Assembly (NCBI GenBank): GCA_020184695.1
Contig: JAANOX010000033.1
Coordinates: 186,001-250,000 of the forward strand
Origin: Histomonas meleagridis 2922-C6/04-290x
Taxonomy: Eukaryota > Protista > Parabasalia
Direction: 5' to 3'
Length of the DNA: 64,000 nucleotides
Each line of letters begins with the position of its first letter. Position 1 is the first letter of the stretch. Both the position numbers and the translations under genes were made by a program. The notes under the pieces are model-generated. The model did not search any database, was not told the DNA's origin, and saw only the letters and a program-made list of their open reading frames with translations. Positions 1-9,236 of this stretch are shown one piece after another.

Positions 1-2
1 TG

Positions 3-443
3 GATGTAATAGTTTCTTGTTCAATAGATGGAACAATAATTACATCATCATTATCAAATGGGGTACACCTAAAGACGTTAAAGATATCTGACATTGGGGT
101 GCCCAAAGAATTAAAGGTGACTTCCTCCGGAAAAGTGGCAGTTCTATTTGAATTAGCTGGAAAAAGTACAATCAAAATATTCGATCAAAACTTGGAATTA
201 ATTAATGAAAGTGAGTTTGAGGACTTAATCGAATCTTGGTGTATGTTTGATTATCCTGATTTTAGACAATATATGGCAATCATGTTTAATTCAGATAAAT
301 TTGTGATTTTTGGAATTCCTTATTTCGAAGTTATGTTCGAAACAAAATGTAAAAAACATATAATGACAATGAAATACATTAAAAAGACATCTGTATTATT
401 AATGACAAATGAAGATGGCAATTTAATGCAATTACAATTATAA
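3..443 (+). CDS. 3' end of a WD40-containing protein, probably a BEACH/Beige-type C-terminus (5'-truncated by window edge)
   Basis: Frame is open from nt 3 (DVIVSCSIDGTIITSSLSNG...) through the 99..443 ORF to TAA. The IVSxSxDGTI motif is WD40-like. Confidence 0.55.
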   Translation, partial: DVIVSCSIDGTIITSSLSNGVHLKTLKISDIGVPKELKVTSSGKVAVLFELAGKSTIKIFDQNLELINESEFEDLIESWCMFDYPDFRQYMAIMFNSDKFVIFGIPYFEVMFETKCKKHIMTMKYIKKTSVLLMTNEDGNLMQLQL

Positions 444-821
444 AATGTTTGAATAAAAATATTATGTTTTATCTTTTTGCAATGTTAAATTGTTGTGTAT
501 GAAGAAACAAAAAATTGGAAAAATAATAATAATGTACGTTAAAGAGTGATTCAAAGCCGTTTCTATTTGTGGGATATTTACGGTTATAATTGAAAAAGTT
601 ATCTTCACAAAACCGGAAAAGAAACAAACAAAATCTTGGTAAATCATATTTTTATATGTATTATCTCTTTAAAATAAAATCATCCAACTCTTTAGCTAAC
701 ATTAAAACCTTCTTCCACATTGATTTTGATGAAAGATGAATTAATTTTTTGCACATTTTTAGGGAAAAGTGCCAATGATCCAACAAACGGTTTTAAAGAA
801 AAACTAGTTTTCCAAATTTTA

Positions 822-1577
822 ATGATGAATCGCCCAGAGCTAAAAGCAATATGTATCACGGCTAAAAGTGGTATATCTTTATTCTCAGCCGACTTTGAAG
901 GTAATTCTCGAAATCTTAGATCTTTTGGTGGTCTTATTACAGCAATGAACGATCTTTCAAATCGATCTGTGGGTGCACCAGTCTCATACATGGTAATGCT
1001 TACTACAGCCATTACAATTGTTCAATCTGAAGAAACAGGAATTAAAGTCATTCTTTTCCATGACGCAACATTTTACAGATCTTTAGCACATTGTATTGCT
1101 ACACAAGTTTTACGTGCGTTCCTTGAACGCTTTAATCCAGAAACATTGAACGTGACTGATTCCTCTAATTTCAGAAGATTTAATTCAGGTCTAGGACCTG
1201 CTATCCGGTCTGCATCAAACATCATTTTACATAACCTAATAGACAAGCTCAGAGGCGCTATACAATTTGCCGTTATTTTCAGTGATGGCGACGCTATATA
1301 TACATATCCATCAAATGCAGATTCCATTTCAGTTGCGGCAAATCTTCAACAGCTTCAATTTGCTCTACAGGAAGTTGCTAATTTGACACAAGATGTGCCA
1401 TACGAACTTGTTATTGAAGGCGGACAAATCTTTTCACATATTGTTCTGTTCGGCGCAACGACAGTGGTCCTTCAGATTCGAGCAGCGTCACACTCTCCGA
1501 GTGTGATTGCACAGGTGAAGGAAACACTGTCAATGCTTAGTCTTTGTTTCCAAACAGCAGAAAGCCTCATGGCTTAA
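822..1577 (+). CDS. Hypothetical protein with longin-like N-terminal and roadblock/longin-like C-terminal domains
   Basis: ORF 720..1577, first ATG at 822, AACGGTT motif at 786-792. Pattern ICITAKSGISLFS...SFGGLITAM...VILFHD...IATQVLRAFLERF resembles longin folds. Confidence 0.55.
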   Translation: MMNRPELKAICITAKSGISLFSADFEGNSRNLRSFGGLITAMNDLSNRSVGAPVSYMVMLTTAITIVQSEETGIKVILFHDATFYRSLAHCIATQVLRAFLERFNPETLNVTDSSNFRRFNSGLGPAIRSASNIILHNLIDKLRGAIQFAVIFSDGDAIYTYPSNADSISVAANLQQLQFALQEVANLTQDVPYELVIEGGQIFSHIVLFGATTVVLQIRAASHSPSVIAQVKETLSMLSLCFQTAESLMA

Positions 1578-1702
1578 GATTCTTTCTATAATAAATACAA
1601 AAATTCTTATAAAATTGTTTTAGAAATTGCAACTCTTTTGATGTTTTTGTTGTTATTTTTTTTATTTTGCGAAAAAGTACGTTAATTTCGGGGTGTCCCA
1701 TT

Positions 1703-2884
1703 ATGCAAGCAAAGAAGAAAAATCAACAGCAAACCCAGAAATTATTAGAAAAGAGAAAGAAAACAAAATCTATTTTCGAAACAGAAGAAGTTGTTGAAAG
1801 GCAAAGAGTTCAAAGAGCAAAACAAAGAAATCAAAAAATTTTTTCTTATAAACAGCATTTAAGAGAAACATTCCATAAAATAGATAATGTTCCATATAGT
1901 TATAATGCATCATCGATTTACCAAAATAATGGACATAGTATAGCATTCATTGGTTCAAATCATCAACCAAAAAATTATAATAAATTCACGCCAAAAAGAA
2001 CAAACGAAAGTAACAACCAAAAGAAAAGAAATGCGAATATAAATCAAAAATATTTAGAAAAAAGTCGTACAATTCCAAAAGAAGGTAAAATCGATTATAA
2101 AGAAAAAGAAAAACGGTATAAAAAATTATTTGATAGCGATAGTGACAGTAGCTATGAAGAAGAAAATGAGATATTAGAGCACATTGAGGAGGAAGAAGAA
2201 GAGCAAAAAGCGTTGAAATCAACAGATGAAGAAATTAAATTAGAAAAAGTATCTGATAATGATAATGATAATGATAATGATCATCATGAAGAAGAAAATG
2301 ATGCACCAGAGCACACTGAGGAAGAAGAGCAAAAAATGTCAAAATTAACAGATGAAGAAATTAAATTAAATAAAGTATCTGATAATGATAATGATGAAGA
2401 AATTAAAAAATTAGAAGACATGGAAAAAGAAGAGCAAAAATTATTAGAATTGATTCTTGAAGAAATCAAATTAGAAAAAGAATTTGATAATGATGATGAC
2501 AATATCCATGAAGAAGAGGAATTAATCGAATCAGAAAAATCTATCAATAGTGATGTTAACGATGATCATGATGAAGAAATCACAACACTGGAACACATGG
2601 AGGAAGAAGAGCAAAAAGTATTAAAATTAGCAGAGGAAGAAGACGAATTAGATAAAGTATCTGATAATGGTAATCATGAAGAAATCACAACACTGGAACA
2701 CATGGAGGAAGAAGAGCAAAAAGTATTAAAATTAGCAAAGGAAGAAAACGAATTAGATAAAAATGATATCAAAAAAATCGAGCAAATGCTAAACGAAGAA
2801 ACCAAAAATTTAGATGAAACTAGTTCTACAAAAGAAGAAAAAAATTTAGGACAAATTATTGAAGAAAATGTTAATGAAAACTAA
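1703..2884 (+). CDS. Hypothetical protein, basic N-terminus and acidic repeat-rich C-terminus
   Basis: Long ORF, first ATG at 1703. Internal repeats EHxEEEEQKxLK...KVSDND, including a 105-nt duplication at 2573/2678 and (GATAAT)n. Confidence 0.7.
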   Translation: MQAKKKNQQQTQKLLEKRKKTKSIFETEEVVERQRVQRAKQRNQKIFSYKQHLRETFHKIDNVPYSYNASSIYQNNGHSIAFIGSNHQPKNYNKFTPKRTNESNNQKKRNANINQKYLEKSRTIPKEGKIDYKEKEKRYKKLFDSDSDSSYEEENEILEHIEEEEEEQKALKSTDEEIKLEKVSDNDNDNDNDHHEEENDAPEHTEEEEQKMSKLTDEEIKLNKVSDNDNDEEIKKLEDMEKEEQKLLELILEEIKLEKEFDNDDDNIHEEEELIESEKSINSDVNDDHDEEITTLEHMEEEEQKVLKLAEEEDELDKVSDNGNHEEITTLEHMEEEEQKVLKLAKEENELDKNDIKKIEQMLNEETKNLDETSSTKEEKNLGQIIEENVNEN

Positions 2885-3273
2885 GAAAAAAAATAAACAT
2901 GTGATATATGTTGTAATATAAGCTGTTAAAAATGTTTTTTTACTAAGACTTTATTCACTTTATCTATAAATTTATTTAATTACGAAAAATTTTAATGTAT
3001 AAAATATATTTTCACCTGCTCAGACTCTATTCTTAAGAATAAATTAATTAAGCATGAATATCTTACATTCACCTGTTAAACTTTCACCAAAATTTAAATT
3101 TAAATCTCGAAAGATAACAACCTTGCGAATAATTTTATATTCGAGGTGGAAATTTGAATCTGACATATGTGAACTTATTCTAGCTGAAGTTTAACATAAT
3201 CTTCAAAGCCTATCGCACTGCGTCATGAAATCGATTAGACAATCATTGATTATGAATTAATTTTTGTAATGTA

Positions 3274-3730
3274 CACATTTCCCATTCAATTTCCAAATGT
3301 ACTCAAATCGCATACGAAGCGGACTCTCAATCATTCTCTAGTATAGTTGCTCAGGAGTTTATTATGCCAATCCAAATCACTAATTGCCACATTTCCCATT
3401 CAATTTCCAAATGTACGCAAATCACATACGAAAGCGGACTCACTATCATTCTCTAGTATAGTTGCTCAGGAGTTTATTATGCCAATCCAAATCACTAATT
3501 GCCACATTGCTCATTCACATTTCCAAATGTACGCAAATCGCATACGAAAGCGGACTCACAATCATTCTCTAGTATAGTTGCTCAGGAGTTTATTATGCCA
3601 ATCCAAATCACTAATTGTCACATTGCTCATTCACATTTCCAAACGCACGCAAATCGCATACGAAAGCGGACTCACAATCATTCTCTAGTATAGTTGCTCA
3701 GGAGTTACATTGTTATGCAATCCAAAGCGC
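3274..3730. repeat. Tandem repeat, about 4 copies of a 114-116 bp unit
   Basis: Unit starts CACATT at 3274, 3388, 3503 and 3619. The core CATTCTCTAGTATAGTTGCTCAGGAGTT recurs in each copy. Confidence 0.92.
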
Positions 3731-3758
3731 AAATCATTTCTACTTAGTTTACTACGCA

Positions 3759-5309
3759 TCAGCACCACACCTTCACTACTCCGCCCTTGTCGCCCGACAC
3801 TGCAATTCTCGCGTTGCTGTCGTACTCCACGCATATGCACGGGTGCGTGTGCGCGTTCTTTGCCTCCAAGAAGTTCCTATTCTTCAGGTCGTACTTGTAT
3901 ATTCTTCCGTCTGTTCCACCGCAGTATATAACCATTTCGTCGTTCATCGACATCTGCATCTTCTCTGACGGCAGCCCGGACTTCCTGAAGCTCAACTTCT
4001 GCACGACGTTCTTTGCCCTGATGTCGGTCATCACCATATTGTAGTCCAATCCGAACGACACCACGTTTGGCGAGTCCTTTTTCCCGATGACTTGGAACAC
4101 CTTACTCTTGTGCGCCTTGATTTCGAACACCGCATCTTTGTTCGCTCTGAAGTCGAAGCAGCGCAACTTCCCGTCGTGGTGCGCAGTGATTACTGTCGAC
4201 TCGCCAATGACGTGTATCGAGTGCGGAGTACTTCCAGTCTTGATCTCGTTCAACTGCTTCGACTTGTTGACGTCAAATAAGCGGAGATGTCCATCGCGCG
4301 AACATGTGACGAGTTTGGAGTCATAGAGAAAACAAACGTCATTGACGCACTCCTTGTTGCTGCTGATTGTCGAAACTTGTTTAAAGGCGGGAACTGAGTA
4401 AAGACGAACTGATGAATCATATGACGCGGTGCAAAAGATGTTATCACTCGGAGAAAAGCGGAGCGCCATCGTACTTCGCTTGCTGTCGTGAAGCGTGGCA
4501 AGTAACGAATACGATGTTAAGTCATAGATGTTAACAAGTGAATCATCATCACCTGTGGCAATAAAGCCGGGAGTGTTGGAGGTGGTAATGTATGATATAG
4601 GTCCAGAATGCCCAGAAAGTTGATTGCTGTTGGTAAATGACGTCGCTGTGTTTTGTTGTTCATCTGATGATAATTCGGAGTCTTTGGATTTGGGTGTCAA
4701 TGATGGAATGTATATCTCGTTCTTGGGACCGCTGTTCGCATTGGTTGCGCTCTTCTTAACTTGGACTTCACGGCTGGAGAGATGATCAACTTCAACACGA
4801 AGTTTCTCAAGATCTTTGTTCTGAAGTGAAAGATCAGACTCAATACGTCGGAGTTTGCTAAGTAATGCTTCTTGCTGCTGCTTTTGCTCATCATGATCTT
4901 TACGAATTTGATCTAATGATTCTTGTTCCTTAATTTGGGTAAGACGAAGTCGTTCGATTTTCTTCGTGAGTGACTTTGTTTTCGAATGGTTAACTTTGAT
5001 GTTATGTGTGATTTCAGATTTCTTATTATTAATTTCTTCAAGTTTTTGCTTCTTTTCTTCGACTATTGCATTGACATCTTCGGGTTCACTCTCTTGGATA
5101 CGATTATTAGCCTTCATAAGTTTTTTAACGGATGATCTTAATGATGAATATTGAGGTAAACTATTAATATATTTATCTGTTAGTGAAATACATTTTGCCC
5201 ATTCTTCATTTTGGTCACGTAGCTTCTGCGTTTCTTCAAGTTTCTTGAGGATATCTTTGTTTGTGATCATCCTTTTTCTCAAATGGCTCAATAAAATGTT
5301 TCCAGCCAT
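3759..5309 (-). CDS. Coiled-coil + WD40 protein, ATG16L/TipD-like
   Basis: 516 aa: N-terminal helix, long coiled coil, linker, 7 WD repeats. TVITAHHDGKLRCFDFR and VSGDKGGVVKVW resemble ATG16L1 WD40 motifs. Confidence 0.7.
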   Translation of the reverse strand: MAGNILLSHLRKRMITNKDILKKLEETQKLRDQNEEWAKCISLTDKYINSLPQYSSLRSSVKKLMKANNRIQESEPEDVNAIVEEKKQKLEEINNKKSEITHNIKVNHSKTKSLTKKIERLRLTQIKEQESLDQIRKDHDEQKQQQEALLSKLRRIESDLSLQNKDLEKLRVEVDHLSSREVQVKKSATNANSGPKNEIYIPSLTPKSKDSELSSDEQQNTATSFTNSNQLSGHSGPISYITTSNTPGFIATGDDDSLVNIYDLTSYSLLATLHDSKRSTMALRFSPSDNIFCTASYDSSVRLYSVPAFKQVSTISSNKECVNDVCFLYDSKLVTCSRDGHLRLFDVNKSKQLNEIKTGSTPHSIHVIGESTVITAHHDGKLRCFDFRANKDAVFEIKAHKSKVFQVIGKKDSPNVVSFGLDYNMVMTDIRAKNVVQKLSFRKSGLPSEKMQMSMNDEMVIYCGGTDGRIYKYDLKNRNFLEAKNAHTHPCICVEYDSNARIAVSGDKGGVVKVWC

Positions 5310-5430
5310 TCAAAAATTCAATGCCACCCGAAAATTGAATCGCCTGACCAAAACTGTCGTGGCCGATAAAAAAAATTGTACCATAAAGAACAAATAACGG
5401 AAATGGTTCAATACCCTACAGAAATTGTAT

Positions 5431-6735
5431 TCAAAAAGTCGGATCGTTATTTTTAGCCAGAATGTCTTTGAGCATTGTTAACTTTTCATCAATCTCTGGA
5501 CATTCGATATCTATAATATCTTCTAAATAGTCACTCGATATAGGAACGTTATGATTGGATAGAAATATTAACGAATCAATTGAAACACTCATCAAATCAA
5601 GATCAGACGAATCAAGTAATTCAAAATATCCAGCAACAAATGAACTGCCAATCTCAAGAATTAGTGGCGGAGGTGAATGCCTTAAATAGGCAAATATGAA
5701 ATATGATATTGCTTTTTTTTGTTGGAATGATTTATCACTAAAAATGTTTTCATCAAACTCAGAACGGTCATAGTTCTCTATGATGAAATCTGAGACTGGT
5801 TGTGAAACATCAAATAACTTTGTAAGTAAATTATAAATTGGAATCATCAAATCTTTGTTTTTAAGTAGAACTAAAAGTTTGTTGAAATATCCGGATTCAA
5901 TGTATTGCTGGGCAATGAAATCATCGCAGATAAGAAAAGATGTAATTTTGCATAAATGTGGCCAAATCGAAAAGAATTGAGGAGAAAGAGTCGACGCATA
6001 TCGAAGAATAAGTTGACTTTCATTTAGAATTGGAATAGCGTTTGGCTGTTTTTGAAGGATTGTTAAATAACAATAAATAACTTCATATTGATTGGTCCAT
6101 GAATTTCCAAATAGAAAACTTTCAGATAAGTGAAGATATTCGATAAATTGTTGTTCATTAATGTTATTAATGAATTTGAAAATACATGAAAAAAGACTTA
6201 TCATCGATGAAAATGGAAATAAGCTGATTAGAGAAGCTTTAGGTGTAAATGAAATGAAAAAGTGATATATTGAGAATAAAATTGATTCTTCAGAAAATGG
6301 CACTAAAAGAGAGAGAAGGCTAAAAGTAGTTTCAATAAGGCAAATGCTTTGCATTATATTTGGAAATATTCTGACCAAAGATTCGATAAACATCAAACTG
6401 ATATCTTTTCCGATACCAAAATGTTTAAGAACAATTTCAAATGACTTAAGACAGAAGATACTTAAATTAGCATTTGTCTTAATTTGTTGAAATGTTAATT
6501 CTCCAATAACCAAATTTTGTTTTATTGTTAATAATTTCCATAAGCCTTGTGAAAGCAGTTCATACAAGATCTTCCAATTTGCTTCATTTGGTTCATTTGC
6601 GCAAAGATTAATTTGAATCTGGAGATCATTATAATCTTTTTGGGTGTATTCATATAACACTACATTGGTATCAGGACTGTCTAGTGTAAATTCGCGTGGA
6701 AAGTTGAACTTAATTGGGCTCTTGTACACGATCAT
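5431..6735 (-). CDS. Hypothetical ARM/HEAT-like helical protein
   Basis: 434-aa ORF with ATG at 6735 and Leu/Ile-rich helical repeats. Confidence 0.65.
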   Translation of the reverse strand: MIVYKSPIKFNFPREFTLDSPDTNVVLYEYTQKDYNDLQIQINLCANEPNEANWKILYELLSQGLWKLLTIKQNLVIGELTFQQIKTNANLSIFCLKSFEIVLKHFGIGKDISLMFIESLVRIFPNIMQSICLIETTFSLLSLLVPFSEESILFSIYHFFISFTPKASLISLFPFSSMISLFSCIFKFINNINEQQFIEYLHLSESFLFGNSWTNQYEVIYCYLTILQKQPNAIPILNESQLILRYASTLSPQFFSIWPHLCKITSFLICDDFIAQQYIESGYFNKLLVLLKNKDLMIPIYNLLTKLFDVSQPVSDFIIENYDRSEFDENIFSDKSFQQKKAISYFIFAYLRHSPPPLILEIGSSFVAGYFELLDSSDLDLMSVSIDSLIFLSNHNVPISSDYLEDIIDIECPEIDEKLTMLKDILAKNNDPTF

Positions 6736-8396
6736 TTGTCACAACATCAAAGAACCACTTCAAAGGGGTATCGGGGGTAATTATCACAAAAGTCGCGAGC
6801 GGTTACCAATTGTTTTGCGATTGGGCGGATTTGAATAAGAAAAATAACGGTTAGTTTTTGGATGAAATTCTGAACGTCGACACTTTTTTGAATGAGAAAA
6901 GTATTGTTGGAAACCATGCGTTTTTCTTAGGTTTATATGAACGATAAGTGTCAAATAGTTAACGTCCTCTAATTGCAATGTACAAATAACTTTTTCAGTC
7001 GAAATATTGAATACAAGGAGTTTGAGCAACTTCTTCATCTTTAATAAAGTATACAAAAAGTCGGTTTCGATAAGAAATAGTAGAAAAAATTAAAGTTTGA
7101 TCAGAGGAATCAAAATTAATTGAAATATTTCCCGATTAATAGAAAAAAAAATGTTATATGAAATTGAATCATTTTAATATTATATATAGGACATGAAATG
7201 TAATGATTGTTAATCCCGGCGTGATGATTTAAATCCAATTTATGCAGAAGTTATGAGCAATCGAAATTCATATGAAATTTTTTTGTATCCTTAAATTAAA
7301 TTTAATTCACATATAAAATTATATTGGATCAGAATACGTGAATGTGGTTTTATTAGTATTATGATTATATTTCTGAAGCATATTAAAAAAATCAAAAATA
7401 TTGCTGAGAAATATTAAACGACCGTTTATTAATTGGCAGGTACTTTTGGTAATGCATGATTTTATTATTATTATAAATAAAACAACCAAAAATGTATTTA
7501 CACCCAATACCTTGCATGAACTCAACATGGTTATAAAGTTAAATTATAAATTTAAAGCAAATAAAAATAGCATGCTTTCATTATTTATATCATTTTGATC
7601 TCCATTACCAATTTAAAAAAATGGTCCAATTAGTTGATGTAATAATTTGAGTTTCCTTACATTCATTTAAAAAAAATTGTTCTAACTGCAGAAATAATCA
7701 ATTTTTTATTCAAATAGTCATGTTTTACTAGAAATTTAAGGTATGTTTTAATGGTTTCCTCGAAATAAAAATTATATAAATAACTTATGAAGGGAAATTT
7801 CTATTAAGTCTTCAATATTAAATTAGCTGGAATTATTTACGAATTGTAATTTAAAAAATGAATGTTAATTTTTTTCTGAAAATGATGTAGGAATTCTTGG
7901 TGTTTTATTTTAAAATATTTATAATTGTTAAAATTCATAACATAATTTGGTGAAATTTAAATTATAATTTAAATCTTTTACTGTATAAAAAATGAATCCA
8001 TTTAATATATTTTTGTTAAAATTCTTCAAAAATAATATATATAATAATATTTATATTTATATAATAAATATAATTTCTCTAATTATAATTTGGTGTATCA
8101 TTAAATGAATGAGAATTGCATTTGAAATTAATCAATATTTTTGATATAAATACGGAATCATCAAGATGAATCACTAATGAAAATATTTTAAAATACAATC
8201 ATTTTCGGCGATAAATCACTTGGTTTTGACAAATTACAATCAGCGTCTAAAACGCATTCAACACGATTAGCCGAACAATTTTTGTTCATTCAATTTTCTG
8301 TAAATGAACAATTTTGAATAAATTTGATCCAAAAAATTGAAAGATAAGCCATTGAAAATTAACCGCTCACAGAAAGAATCACTTCATTTTTTAATC

Positions 8397-9041
8397 ATGA
8401 AAGTTGCTGTTATTGGTGCTACAGGCTTCATTGGCGCTAAGATATTCGAAGAGGCTGTTTCAAGAGGCTATGATACAATCGCTATTAGCAGGAATCCACC
8501 AAAAGAATTACCAAAAGGAAAATGTACACATGTTTCAGTAGACATTTTTAATTTACAAGAACTTGAAAATGCATTAAAAGGAGCAGAAATTGTTATCCAT
8601 GCTTACTGTCCACCAAAAGATTCAACATTTGAAAAAATGGAAGAACTTCAAGTTAATGCGACAAAGAATATAATCGAAGCAGCTAAAAAAGTTGGAGCAC
8701 GTCGTCTTCTTGCTGTTGGTGGTGCAGGTACACTCATAACGAATGGTGCTCGAAATATGGATTCACCAGGATTCCCACCAGCTTACATGCCATTAGCTAA
8801 CGCTACTGCTAAACTTCTTACACTTGTTTTGGAGCAAAAGGATGTTCCAGGAACAGTGTTATGCCCATCAATGGAAATTTATCCAGGTGAAAAACAAGGT
8901 AAGTTTAGGTTAAGTGGTGACGAAACAATATTCAATGAAAAAGGTGAAAGCAAAATATCAAATTCTGATTATGCTGTTGCAATGATCGATGAAATAGCCA
9001 ATGGCAATTACATTGGAAAACGCTTCACAGTTGGTTACTAA
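8397..9041 (+). CDS. NAD(P)-dependent oxidoreductase (YwnB / NADH-flavin reductase-like, NAD_binding_10)
   Basis: MKVAVIGATGFIG Rossmann motif, VGGAGTL, SKISNSDYAVAMIDE and KRFTVGY C-terminus. Inr-like TCATT just upstream of ATG 8397. Confidence 0.9.
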   Translation: MKVAVIGATGFIGAKIFEEAVSRGYDTIAISRNPPKELPKGKCTHVSVDIFNLQELENALKGAEIVIHAYCPPKDSTFEKMEELQVNATKNIIEAAKKVGARRLLAVGGAGTLITNGARNMDSPGFPPAYMPLANATAKLLTLVLEQKDVPGTVLCPSMEIYPGEKQGKFRLSGDETIFNEKGESKISNSDYAVAMIDEIANGNYIGKRFTVGY

Positions 9042-9100
9042 ACAACTAACTCAACAATTTTTTTTTATAATAACTAGTATAATGTATATAATAATATAAC

Positions 9101-9164
9101 AATAATAATATATAACAATAATAATATATAACAATAATAATATATAACAATAATAATATATATA
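9101..9164. repeat. Minisatellite, about 4 x 16 bp (AATAATAATATATAAC)
   Basis: Read directly from the sequence between two convergent 3' ends. Confidence 0.85.
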
Positions 9165-9236
9165 ATATAACAAAATCAATTTCATTTTTAAAAAATGTAA
9201 AAACCACAAACAAAAAATTTATTAATCAACACATAT

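Noticed and set aside
3274-3730. CRISPR-like array
   Set aside because: Whole units are near-identical with no unique spacers, there are no cas genes and the context is eukaryotic.
9083-9090. TGTATATA Pumilio element after the oxidoreductase stop
   Set aside because: Likely beyond the short 3'UTR cleavage site and easily expected by chance in AT-rich DNA.
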